Positions 20,833 through 30,069 of a stretch of 64,000 nt of DNA are shown one piece after another. Location of the stretch: the NCBI GenBank assembly GCA_964291415.2, contig OZ219917.1, positions 608,001 to 672,000 of the forward strand, written 5' to 3'. The notes under the pieces were generated by a model, which ran no database searches, had not been told where the DNA came from, and saw nothing but the letters and a program-made list of their open reading frames with translations. The position numbers and the translations under genes were made by a program. Position 1 is the first letter of the stretch, and each line of letters starts with the position of its first letter. The stretch comes from Alphaproteobacteria bacterium (GTDB lineage: Bacteria; Pseudomonadota; Alphaproteobacteria; SP197).

Positions 20833-21345
20833 CGTTGTGCCTCCCTGCACCTATTACAGAATCGCGCGTGATCGTTTCAGGCCGGGCGGGCGGGGTCAAG
20901 CTGCACGGCGGGGCGCCATGACGTTGTCATGAAGAATGACCCCGGCGGATCCGCACGGCAGATGCAGCGTTCCCACATGCGGCTGCGGTCGTGATGTCGG
21001 CTGGATCACAGGCTTTCGCAGCCGACTTGCGCGCCCTGATCCTGGTCGGCACCGGCAGGTCTTCCGTCAAGTGGAACATCGGTTCCGCGCCTTCCCCGCC
21101 ACCAAGCGCCACGGCGCGCCCTGCATCGTCACGGGCAAGCTCCACGGTCACATGCGCAACGACGAGACCGGCACCGGGTGTGCCGGCGGCCGTCCGCGAG
21201 ACCCGTGTGATCACGGTCGGCGACAGGCGTATCTGGTCGACGAGTCGGGAGGAAACCGTCCCGCGCGATGTCGCGTGAACTTGACCGAACCCGTTCGTCG
21301 AGGGAATGATCCCTCCATCAACAAGAGATGTTCCAAGGAGGATCC

Positions 21346-22929
21346 ATGACGTTACCCACCATGACACGACGCGGTGTGCTCAAGGCATCCGCCGGTTCCG
21401 TGGCCGCGGCCACGTTCGTCGACGGACTGCTTGATCCGGGCACGGCCTGGGCGCAGTCGGGCAGACCGCTCAGGCTGCGCTCCAACCGGGCCATCCTGTC
21501 GACCGATCCGGGCTACATGATCGGCGGCTTCGAAATGGTCCTGCAGTACGCGTGCCTTGCCCGTCTGGCCAAGTACACCAACAGCGGTGACACATGGGAC
21601 TGGGAGCCGAGCGAGTTCGTCGAGTCCCTGGACCAGCCCGATCCGCAGACGATCACCTTCGAGTTGAAGAAGGGCATCATGTGGTACGACGGGACCAGCC
21701 ATGAAGAGATCGGCGAACTCAATGCCGAGGACGTCAAGTACTCGCTCGAGCGCATGAAGGTTTCCGAGTGGAAGGACAAGGCGGTGGCTCTCGATCACGT
21801 CGAGGTTACCGGCGGTCATTCGGGAATCATCCACCTCAACCAGCCCTTCGCGCCGATCTGGCTGACCTGGCTGTGCGACGGAACCGGTGCCATTCTCTCG
21901 AAGACCGCGGTGGAGGCGGCCGGCGGCAAGTACGACGGCATGTTCAACTTCTACTGTGGTTACTACCGCGTTTCGGAGTGGCTGCAGAAGCAGAGCTTTA
22001 CGCTGGAGCCGAACCCGAACTGGCCTGGCACACCCCCGGCGATCGCAGATGTGAAGTTCGTCATCATCGATGACGAGAAGACCGCCGAGATCGCCTTCGA
22101 GGCGGGTGAGATCGACATCACCCACATCGCAGTGGATGCCATCCCGCGTCTCACGGAATCGCCGCCCGAAGAAGGGATCGTGAAAGCCTACTCGGGCACA
22201 CAGTGGTACTGGATGGGTCTCAACACGGAGCACCCGAACCTCCAGGACATTCGTGTGCGCCGCGCCATCCAGCACGCGGTCGATGTCGACACCATCCTCG
22301 AGGGTGCTTGGGCGAATGCGGGAACCCGGGCCTACGGCATCGTGCCTCCGGGCCTGATCGGCCACCGCACCGAGGGCAAGTTCGCCAAGCCCGATCTCGA
22401 GGCGGCCCGCGCGCTCATCGCCGAAGCCGGCGCCGAAGGGACCAAGCTCACGCTCAAGACCATCAACCTTCAGGACCGCATGGCCGCGGCCACGATCATC
22501 CAGGCCAACCTTGCAGACATTGGTCTCGAGGTTGATGTCATTCCAATGGATGCCGGGCCCTTCTGGAACCTGGGCCTCGAAGTCGAGGGCGACGAGTGGA
22601 AGGATCTCGAGCTGTGGATCATGTCCTACCTTGATTCTCCCGATCCCAGCCAGATGACCCAGTGGTTCATCTCTGATCAGGTCGGCGTGTGGAACTGGGA
22701 GCGCTGGAGCGACGAGGAGTTCGACCAGCTGTTCCAGTCGGGTCTCTCCGAGACGGACATGGCCAAGCGCCACGACATCTACGTCCGCATGCAGGAGATC
22801 ATGGAGGACACGGGCGGCTATGTGTGGCTCATGTTCCCGCCCAACGGAGTCATGTACCGCGAAGGTTTGGAGCCTGTGATCACACCCAACGGCTATATCT
22901 GGCAGACTCAGCACTTCCGCTGGACCTGA
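21346..22929 (+). CDS. ABC peptide/nickel-type (family 5) substrate-binding protein, Tat-exported, paralog B
   Basis: TRRGVLK Tat motif; collinear with and highly similar to paralog A; AAGGAGG RBS. Confidence 0.9.
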   Translation: MTLPTMTRRGVLKASAGSVAAATFVDGLLDPGTAWAQSGRPLRLRSNRAILSTDPGYMIGGFEMVLQYACLARLAKYTNSGDTWDWEPSEFVESLDQPDPQTITFELKKGIMWYDGTSHEEIGELNAEDVKYSLERMKVSEWKDKAVALDHVEVTGGHSGIIHLNQPFAPIWLTWLCDGTGAILSKTAVEAAGGKYDGMFNFYCGYYRVSEWLQKQSFTLEPNPNWPGTPPAIADVKFVIIDDEKTAEIAFEAGEIDITHIAVDAIPRLTESPPEEGIVKAYSGTQWYWMGLNTEHPNLQDIRVRRAIQHAVDVDTILEGAWANAGTRAYGIVPPGLIGHRTEGKFAKPDLEAARALIAEAGAEGTKLTLKTINLQDRMAAATIIQANLADIGLEVDVIPMDAGPFWNLGLEVEGDEWKDLELWIMSYLDSPDPSQMTQWFISDQVGVWNWERWSDEEFDQLFQSGLSETDMAKRHDIYVRMQEIMEDTGGYVWLMFPPNGVMYREGLEPVITPNGYIWQTQHFRWT

Positions 22930-22936
22930 ACCTCCA

Positions 22937-22973
22937 CGCCCTGCCGGCCACCCGGGTCGGCAGGGCGCGTTTC
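22937..22973 (+). terminator. Probable intrinsic terminator
   Basis: CGCCCTGCCG...CGGCAGGGCG stem followed by a short T run, just after the stop. Confidence 0.55.
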
Positions 22974-23078
22974 CTGCGGCCTGGACGGTCCGGCATGGCC
23001 GCGCCCATCGGCCTGTTCACCCGAATTGCGTCTGGCCTGCCTTGAACGGATGAATCACGCATAACACCGGCTTCAAGG

Positions 23079-23111
23079 ATGAAAATTCGAATGCAAGGTT
23101 CGAATTTTCAT
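23079..23111. promoter_or_regulatory. Perfect 13-bp inverted repeat, candidate operator
   Basis: ATGAAAATTCGAA-N7-TTCGAATTTTCAT, 22 bp upstream of the ATPase start. Confidence 0.65.
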
Positions 23112-23133
23112 GTTTGTGTGGTACCATTCGACC

Positions 23134-24288
23134 ATGCACTACCTTCCTCGTCCCCGGGAACTGGAGGCCGTCAGGGCCGGTTTGCGCCGCGCACCCGTGA
23201 CGGCGCTTCTGGGACCCCGCCAGTGCGGCAAGACCACGCTGGCGCGGGAACTGGCGGCGGACCACTACTTCGATCTTGAGGATCCGAGGAGCCTGGCCCG
23301 GCTGGACGAACCGCAAACAGCCCTGGAGGATTTGACAGGCACCGTCGTGATCGACGAGGTGCAGCGCAAGCCGGATCTCTTTCCCCTGCTGCGTGTCCTC
23401 GCGGATCGCCATCACCAGGCAGCACGATACCTGCTGCTTGGCAGCGCCTCGCCGAACCTGGTGAAGGAGGTATCCGAGAGTCTCGCCGGTCGGATAGCGT
23501 ATCACGATCTTGGCCCGTTGACGGTCGACGAGACAGGCGCTTCCGCATGGCGCCGTCTGTGGCTCCGCGGCGGGTTCCCCCGGAGCTATCTGGCCGACGA
23601 TGACGCGGAGTCCGTCCTGTGGCGCGACGACTTCGTGCGCAGTCACCTGGAGCGCGACATCCCGGCCCTTGGCATCTCCGTCCCGTCGGAGACCCTGCGG
23701 CGATTCTGGGTGATGGTGAGCCACTATCACGGACAGGTGCTGAACCTCTCCGAGCTTGGCCGGTCATTCGGTGTTTCCGATCACGCGGTCCGCCGCTACC
23801 TCGAGATTCTGAGCGGTACCTACATGATCAGGCTGGTGCCCCCGTGGTACGCGAACATCGGCAAGCGGCTGGTGAAGGCGCCCAAGCTCTACGTTCGCGA
23901 CAGCGGCCTTCTCCACTCGCTGCACACCATCGCCACACCCGGGCAGCTGGAGTCCCACCCGAAGCTCGGCGCATCGTGGGAGGGCTTCGCCATGGAGCAG
24001 GCCATCCGCCTCATGGACGTGTCCCGTCCACACTTCTGGCGCACCCACACCGGCGCGGAACTCGATCTTGTCTGGCAGGCACGTGGGGCGTTGTGGGGAA
24101 TGGAGTTCAAGTACCAGGACGCGCCCGCCATGACGAAGAGCATGCATGCGGTGTTGCGCGACCTGCCGGTTCAGCACGTGTGGGTCGTCTACCCCGGCCA
24201 CGAGGGCTATCGGCTCGACGAGAAGGTCTCCGTGCTGCCTGTCACCGGACTCCCCGAGGTGGCGCATGACTTTCGCACGAGCGCCTGA
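23134..24288 (+). CDS. AAA+ ATPase with DUF4143 C-terminal domain
   Basis: Walker A GPRQCGKTT, Walker B VVIDEVQ, LLGSAS, ESLAGR, KAPKLYVRDSGLLH, WRTHTGAELDL...MEFK. Confidence 0.9.
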   Translation: MHYLPRPRELEAVRAGLRRAPVTALLGPRQCGKTTLARELAADHYFDLEDPRSLARLDEPQTALEDLTGTVVIDEVQRKPDLFPLLRVLADRHHQAARYLLLGSASPNLVKEVSESLAGRIAYHDLGPLTVDETGASAWRRLWLRGGFPRSYLADDDAESVLWRDDFVRSHLERDIPALGISVPSETLRRFWVMVSHYHGQVLNLSELGRSFGVSDHAVRRYLEILSGTYMIRLVPPWYANIGKRLVKAPKLYVRDSGLLHSLHTIATPGQLESHPKLGASWEGFAMEQAIRLMDVSRPHFWRTHTGAELDLVWQARGALWGMEFKYQDAPAMTKSMHAVLRDLPVQHVWVVYPGHEGYRLDEKVSVLPVTGLPEVAHDFRTSA

Positions 24289-24424
24289 ACGCTCGCCAGC
24301 GGCGGCTTCGGTCGTGTGTGAACGCCTGACTGAGAGATTGTCTGGTCGGTCGCCTCCCTTGCCGGATGTTTCCGGAACGGCCTTGCCCGCAGGCCTCTTG
24401 ACGGTCGGATCGTTCGTGCCGGCC

Positions 24425-25924
24425 CTACCACTTGGCGATGAGCCGGGTTCCGGCGTTTGGGGCGGCCGGGAAGGACGCGGTCAGGACTTCGGCAAGCGAA
24501 TCCCGGTGGATGCGGTGGGCCGGGTCGTGGAAGAGATTGTGGTGTTCCTCCGGATCGGCCTCGAGATCGAAGAGCTCGCCCCAGTCTGCCTCGCTGTCAG
24601 GATAGAGAGTGAGACGCCAGCCATCGGTGACGATGGAGTGGTTGTAGAGGCGCTGATCGATTCGTGGGTGGTACTCGAGAAAGCGCGCCTCGCGGTCGAG
24701 GGAACGGCCCTCGAAGAGCGGCCTCAGGGGGATTCCGTCGAGACCGGGTGGCGGGGCGATGCCGGCGAGATCAAGCAGCGTCGGCATGATGTCGAGGTGG
24801 CTCGATGGCGCCGTCGTGGTGCTGCCTGCGGGGATTCCCGGTCCTGCCATGATAAAGCTCACCCGGGTGAGGTCGCGCCAGGGCGGTGGTCCCTTGTGCA
24901 GCAATCCGTGGTGACCGAGAAACTCGCCGTGGTCGGAGGTGAAGATGACCACCGTGTCATCGGCGAAGCCGAGGCTAGCGAGTGCAGCCAGGATCCGTCC
25001 GAAGGCGTGATCCACCTGGGATTCCATGCCCCGCGTCAGGCCGATCGCCCGGCCGAGACTGGCATCCGACATTCCTGACGTGAGGGTCATCCCTCCCTGC
25101 TCGACGGCCGCAGCCGCATTGTCGATCCAGTCTGCCGCCAGGTGCTGGTGGACATAGTCAGGCATCCGCTTGAGCTCTCCCGGGTCATGACGGGGCAGCG
25201 GACCGGGCCCATGGAGGTCCGCCCATGGCCGTGGCGGGCTGAACGGGTGATGGGGATCGGGCGTCGAGACGAACATCATGAAGGGCGGCCGGGCGCGCTC
25301 GAGGAAGGCGATCGCCCTGTCGGCGATCCACGTGTTGTAGTGAAGCGTATCCGGCACCGCCGATACCCAGGCCTCGGACAGATCATCGAGCGGGCCCTCG
25401 AGGGCGGCGGCGGGCTGGAAGAGCGGCACGGTCTGCGGGTGTTCCTTCTTCAGCCAGTTGGCGTAGTGACCGCCTTCGGTGACGAGCAGGGATTCACCGA
25501 TCACGAACTCCACCGTGCGGTAGCCGAAATAGGGTCCGGTCCAGTCCACGTGGCCGTCCGATGCCCAGAAGGCGACCGATTCCGGATAGCCGCGATCCTC
25601 GTGAGCAAGGATCGGCTGCAGGTGGAGCTTGCCCACGGCGTGGGTGTCGTATCCGGCTTCCGCGAGAAGGGCCGGCAGGACGGGGAGCCCGTCCTTGAGG
25701 GTGCGCCCGTTGGTCGTCATGCCGTGGCGCCTGGGATAGAGCCCCGTGATCATGGCGCCTCGGCTCGGGCAGCAGATCTGGTTGGGGGTGAGGTGATTGT
25801 CGAACATGAGGCCGCGTGCTGCCAGAGCATCGAGATGGGGGGTGGACGCCGCGGTCTGGCCATAGCAACCCAGACTGTCGGCGCGCTGCTGGTCGGTGCA
25901 CAGGAAGAGAATGTTCGGACGCAT
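24425..25924 (-). CDS. Sulfatase-like hydrolase
   Basis: RPNILFLCTDQQR, CCPSR (CxPxR), GKLHL, DPHHPF, FTSDHGE. Confidence 0.92.
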   Translation of the reverse strand: MRPNILFLCTDQQRADSLGCYGQTAASTPHLDALAARGLMFDNHLTPNQICCPSRGAMITGLYPRRHGMTTNGRTLKDGLPVLPALLAEAGYDTHAVGKLHLQPILAHEDRGYPESVAFWASDGHVDWTGPYFGYRTVEFVIGESLLVTEGGHYANWLKKEHPQTVPLFQPAAALEGPLDDLSEAWVSAVPDTLHYNTWIADRAIAFLERARPPFMMFVSTPDPHHPFSPPRPWADLHGPGPLPRHDPGELKRMPDYVHQHLAADWIDNAAAAVEQGGMTLTSGMSDASLGRAIGLTRGMESQVDHAFGRILAALASLGFADDTVVIFTSDHGEFLGHHGLLHKGPPPWRDLTRVSFIMAGPGIPAGSTTTAPSSHLDIMPTLLDLAGIAPPPGLDGIPLRPLFEGRSLDREARFLEYHPRIDQRLYNHSIVTDGWRLTLYPDSEADWGELFDLEADPEEHHNLFHDPAHRIHRDSLAEVLTASFPAAPNAGTRLIAKW

Positions 25925-25933
25925 TGGTCCTGC

Positions 25934-27271
25934 TCAGTAGGGTCCGGGCACGATCCTTGTTCCGTCGGCAAAGCGTCCCGGACGGAAGCGCTGCAGGTCG
26001 TGACCGGGACTGCGGCCAGTGACGAGATCGGCCATGATGCGTCCGATGGCAGGGCCAATGCCGAATCCGTGGCCGCTGAAGCCGGTGGCCACGAAGAGCC
26101 CGGGTATCGGCAGTTCACCGAGAATGGGGACGGCGTCGGGCGTGACATCGATCATGCCGGCCCAGGCCTCGGCGAGTCCCGCCCTTGCAAGGGCAGGCGC
26201 CCGCCGGGGCAGGCGTTCCTCGAGGCGGCGGATGACGAGCGGCGATGGCGGCGGATTGAGGACGCGCTGGCGTTCGTAGGGAGACTCCTCGTCCGCAGAC
26301 CAACGGCGGGTGAGACCCCAGCTCCCCGGATAGCCGGCGGGCGCAGCCGGTCGCAACTTGACGTCGCGTGCCGACTTGCGCAGCAGGGGCACGAACCGCA
26401 TGGCGTGCCGGAAGGACGGTGGTCCGACGTAGTGTTCGGCGACATCTCCGGTGGAGACCGTGTAGCCGCCGTCGGCGCGTCGCCGTGTGGCCAGCCCGGG
26501 AACCGACATGTTGAGCGGCAGGATGTCGTCCGACGGGGAGGTTCGCGCCGCAGTCGAGCGCACCACCAGCTGCGCCAGGTCGATGCCGCAATTGGCGGCA
26601 AATCCGGATGACCACGCGCCACCGGCAAGGAGCAGGCGATCGCAGGCAACGCGGCCCTTCTCGGTGACGACGCCGGTGATCCGTCCGCCCGCGATGTCGG
26701 GAAGGCGTGCCGCGCACTCCTCGATGACGGTCACACCCCGGTCCTGAAGAGCGCGCGCCCAGGCCGGCGCCGCGCGTTCGGGTTCGGCGCGGCCGTCCGA
26801 TGCGGTCATCATGCCGCCGACGAAGCTGCCACCCATGGCGGCAAACCGGTCCTCCACCTCGCGGGCGCTGAGCAGGACCGTGTCGAGCTGGTGTTCCCGG
26901 GCGATGGCGTGCCACGTTTCCATGCCCCCGATCGCCTCCGCGTTCTCCACCAGCTTGACGCACGCCGACTGAGTGAACGCGAGGTCCGCGGCGCCGGTGG
27001 CGGCTGCCAGACCGCGCCAGATCCGGTTCGACTCCATCATGATCGGGAGTTCCGCCGCATCGCGGCCCTGCTGGCGCACCCAGCCCCAGTTCCTGCTCGA
27101 CTGTTCTCCGGCAATCCGACCCTTCTCGACCACAAGCACCCTGTCACCGCGCTCGGCGAGGAACCACGCGCTGGCAATGCCGGCGATACCGCCGCCGATG
27201 ACGACGACATCGACGCGTTCGGGAAGCGGATCCCGGAAGGTCACGGGGCTGTGGTGGCTGAGCATGGGCAT
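25934..27271 (-). CDS. FAD-dependent oxidoreductase, D-amino-acid oxidase/DadA family
   Basis: VIGGGIAG, GEQSSRNWGWVRQQGRD, WAGMIDVTPD, GFSGHGFGIGP. Confidence 0.9.
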   Translation of the reverse strand: MPMLSHHSPVTFRDPLPERVDVVVIGGGIAGIASAWFLAERGDRVLVVEKGRIAGEQSSRNWGWVRQQGRDAAELPIMMESNRIWRGLAAATGAADLAFTQSACVKLVENAEAIGGMETWHAIAREHQLDTVLLSAREVEDRFAAMGGSFVGGMMTASDGRAEPERAAPAWARALQDRGVTVIEECAARLPDIAGGRITGVVTEKGRVACDRLLLAGGAWSSGFAANCGIDLAQLVVRSTAARTSPSDDILPLNMSVPGLATRRRADGGYTVSTGDVAEHYVGPPSFRHAMRFVPLLRKSARDVKLRPAAPAGYPGSWGLTRRWSADEESPYERQRVLNPPPSPLVIRRLEERLPRRAPALARAGLAEAWAGMIDVTPDAVPILGELPIPGLFVATGFSGHGFGIGPAIGRIMADLVTGRSPGHDLQRFRPGRFADGTRIVPGPY

Positions 27272-27609
27272 CAACAGGCATCCCGGGCGCAACGGATGCA
27301 CAGGGTGACGGTGGGGTCGAAGTCAAGACGGGCCCCGGCAATCGTTTCGCCACACTCGGTGCACAGGCCCCAGGTGCCGTCGGCCAGACGCTCGAGGGCC
27401 GCCTCGATCCGTTGACGCTCGCCGCGCCGCCGCCTTTCCTGTGCCTTGGCCATCGCCTGGATCTGCAGGGCGTCCATGCGCGACAGCCGGCCGACCCGAG
27501 ACTGATCGAGCATCACCGGCGCGCGTTCGCTGGCCGTGGCCGCCCGATCATCGTCGATCCGGGCGAGCCGATCCTTGAGAAGGCGTTCGATTCCGGCGTT
27601 GTCGTGCAT
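27271..27609 (-). CDS. TraR/DksA C4-type zinc-finger protein
   Basis: LDQSRVGRLSRMDALQ, CTECGETI...RL...P...LCIRC; TGATG coupling to the oxidoreductase. Confidence 0.88.
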   Translation of the reverse strand: MHDNAGIERLLKDRLARIDDDRAATASERAPVMLDQSRVGRLSRMDALQIQAMAKAQERRRRGERQRIEAALERLADGTWGLCTECGETIAGARLDFDPTVTLCIRCARDAC

Positions 27610-27702
27610 GGCGGGGCGAAGTCTACAGGCAAGGCATGAAGATTGAACAGCGGCACCGTTGATGTGTATCGTTCACCGGGCACCAGCTTCACGAGAGACG
27701 TC

Positions 27703-28821
27703 ATGGCCGTGGTCACCTCTCTTCCGGTCACCGGATTCCAGGATGATCCGGAACGATCCCAGACGATGTCGGCATCCTTCTACCACGACCCGGCGATCTA
27801 CGAGCGTGAGAAGCGCAGGATCTTCCATGCCACCTGGCAGTATGTCGGGCATGTCTCGATGGTGCCGGACAACGGCAGCTACATCGTGCGCGACATCGTC
27901 GATCAGAGCGTGATCGTGCTGCGCGACGCGAAGGGCGAGATCAAGGCCTTTTTCAATGTCTGCCAGCACCGTGCCCACCGCCTGCTTGAGGGTGAGGGTC
28001 GTCTCGGTCCGATCATCACGTGCCCCTATCACAACTGGGCCTATGATCAGAGCGGCGCCCTGCGCACGGCGCGGGGCAGTGAGCGCATGGCCGGCTTTGA
28101 TGCCTCCGCATACCATCTCGAGGAGGTCCCCGTCGGCGAGATGCTGGGTTTTCTCTTCGTCAACCTCGATGGCAACGCGCCGCCCTTCGGCCAGGTGACC
28201 GCGGCGCTCCAGGCCGAGATCGCATCCTTCTCTCCGATGGCGGCGGCACTGAAATGCGCCGATCGCAGCGAGTACCCTCTCAAGGCCAACTGGAAGAACT
28301 CGGTGGAGAACTACGATGAGTGCTTCCATTGCCCGAACCAGCACCGTTCGCTGATCGAAGAGGCGATTGACTGGGAGAGCTATCGCATCGCCACCCACGA
28401 CCATCACCACGCCCACTATTCGGTTGAGAAGAACGTGGGTTACCAGTCGGTGACAAGGGGAGCGGCGAAGCCGGAGAGCTTTGCCAGTTGGCTTCTGTGG
28501 CCCAACTGGGTGTGTGAGGCCTATCCGGGCGGCAACCTGACCGTGTTCCACCACGTTCCACTGGGGCCCGAGGAAACAGTGCAGCGCTGCGAGTGGTACT
28601 TTCCGCAATCCACGCCGACCCCCGAGGAGCAGGAGGTCATCGACTTTGTGCACGAAGTCCGCCTTGAGGACATCCCGCTGTGCGAGAGCGTACAGCAGGG
28701 ACTGCACTCACTCGGCTATCGTCAGGGCCGGTTCATCGTCGACCCTGAGCGCAGCCAGTACAGCGAACATGCAGTGCACGACTTCCAGGCCAAATGGCTG
28801 AGCGCCATGGGTGATCCCTGA
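27703..28821 (+). CDS. Rieske non-heme iron oxygenase alpha subunit, CntA/YeaW (carnitine monooxygenase)-like
   Basis: CQHR...CPYH Rieske ligands; NWKNSVENYDECFHC...H; ESVQQGLHSLGYRQGR and SEHAVHDF resemble the CntA C-terminus. Confidence 0.85.
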   Translation: MAVVTSLPVTGFQDDPERSQTMSASFYHDPAIYEREKRRIFHATWQYVGHVSMVPDNGSYIVRDIVDQSVIVLRDAKGEIKAFFNVCQHRAHRLLEGEGRLGPIITCPYHNWAYDQSGALRTARGSERMAGFDASAYHLEEVPVGEMLGFLFVNLDGNAPPFGQVTAALQAEIASFSPMAAALKCADRSEYPLKANWKNSVENYDECFHCPNQHRSLIEEAIDWESYRIATHDHHHAHYSVEKNVGYQSVTRGAAKPESFASWLLWPNWVCEAYPGGNLTVFHHVPLGPEETVQRCEWYFPQSTPTPEEQEVIDFVHEVRLEDIPLCESVQQGLHSLGYRQGRFIVDPERSQYSEHAVHDFQAKWLSAMGDP

Positions 28822-28858
28822 AACGCCGGGCGGTGTAAGTCAGGACCGGAATGCCGGT

Positions 28859-29389
28859 TCAGGCAGGCTCCACCCATGTTGCCAGGGGCCCCCGGTCGCC
28901 TTCGCGCCAGCGGACCCGCACCCGCTGGTTGGATTCCAGCATCGGAATGCCGGCTCTCGTGAGAATGCGTCCGGGAAGGAAGATGTCCCGGTCACTGTCG
29001 TCGGGAACGATGAAGCCGAAACCCCTGTTGGTGTCGAAGAACTTCACCGTGCCGTCGGTCTCGTGCTCGTCACCATAGGAGCCCTGCCATTCACGAGGCC
29101 CCCCGCCTCGGTCACGGGGAGGCGCCGGTTCCGCTGTCGACACGTCGACCTTGTGGAGGTTGGAAACCTGGAATCCCCGATCCGTACGGATGATGTCACA
29201 CTCGATGGTGGCACCGTTGGGGATATCACTCAGGCCAGCCTGGGTCACGGCGGAGGCGTGGATAAACACATCAGGTTCGTCGGGATTGACCTGAACGAAA
29301 CCGAATCCCTTTGTCGAATTGTACCACTTGACTGTGGCCGAGACGTTGAGACGGCTGCCCGGGGATTCCGATTCATACTCGTCAGACAT
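28859..29389 (-). CDS. Cold-shock protein with two tandem CSD domains
   Basis: VKWYNSTKGFGFV...DVFIHAS and GTVKFFDTNRGFGFI...DIF. Confidence 0.92.
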   Translation of the reverse strand: MSDEYESESPGSRLNVSATVKWYNSTKGFGFVQVNPDEPDVFIHASAVTQAGLSDIPNGATIECDIIRTDRGFQVSNLHKVDVSTAEPAPPRDRGGGPREWQGSYGDEHETDGTVKFFDTNRGFGFIVPDDSDRDIFLPGRILTRAGIPMLESNQRVRVRWREGDRGPLATWVEPA

Positions 29390-29780
29390 GCGCATTGTTC
29401 CAGTGTTGCAAGGTGTCCGCTCCCGTTCTGCTTGTGATCACGGGACTCCTAAATGGGAGGTACAGGCTTCCGGCAGGCAAGCCACAATGTCTCCGGTTGC
29501 CGCGGACGTCCCCCATGGTGAACCAAATTCTGTGACAGACAAGCAAAAAGTTTAATCGTGCCCCTGATCGCACGTGCCAGCCGGGTCTTCGCTGTTCCCG
29601 GACCCCCCTTGCAGCGTAACGCCGCGGACATGCGGAGGCTCCGGGTGGCAGCCCGTTGCAGACCCGGCTATGCGGCCTCCAGCGCTTGCACTTCGCCGGT
29701 CTTTGGTCCACATGGAGCAGGACAACCCGTCCTGCCGGGTTTCCGGAAGGACGGACGTGATAACAACAAGGGAGTCCTGC

Positions 29781-30065
29781 ATGTCGAAAGAGGATTTGAT
29801 AGAAGCTGATGGTGTCGTGACGGAAGTTCTTCCCGACGCCCATTTTCGAGTTGAGCTCGACAACGGCCACAAGGTGATGGCCTACACGTCAGGCCGCATG
29901 CGCAAGGCCAGGATCCGTGTGCTGACGGGTGACCGCGTCACGGTCGAGATGACGCCCTACGATCTTACGAAGGCGCGCATCAATTTCCGTCACAAGGACG
30001 AAAGCAGTGCGGCACGCGTGCCCGGGGCCAACCCCCGCAGGTTCCCCCGCAATCGCCGTCGCTGA
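29781..30065 (+). CDS. infA: Translation initiation factor IF-1 with basic C-terminal extension
   Basis: [17 protein letters not shown]...FRVELDNGH...[30 protein letters not shown]; GGGAG RBS. Confidence 0.95.
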   Translation: MSKEDLIEADGVVTEVLPDAHFRVELDNGHKVMAYTSGRMRKARIRVLTGDRVTVEMTPYDLTKARINFRHKDESSAARVPGANPRRFPRNRRR

Positions 30066-30069
30066 CGGC

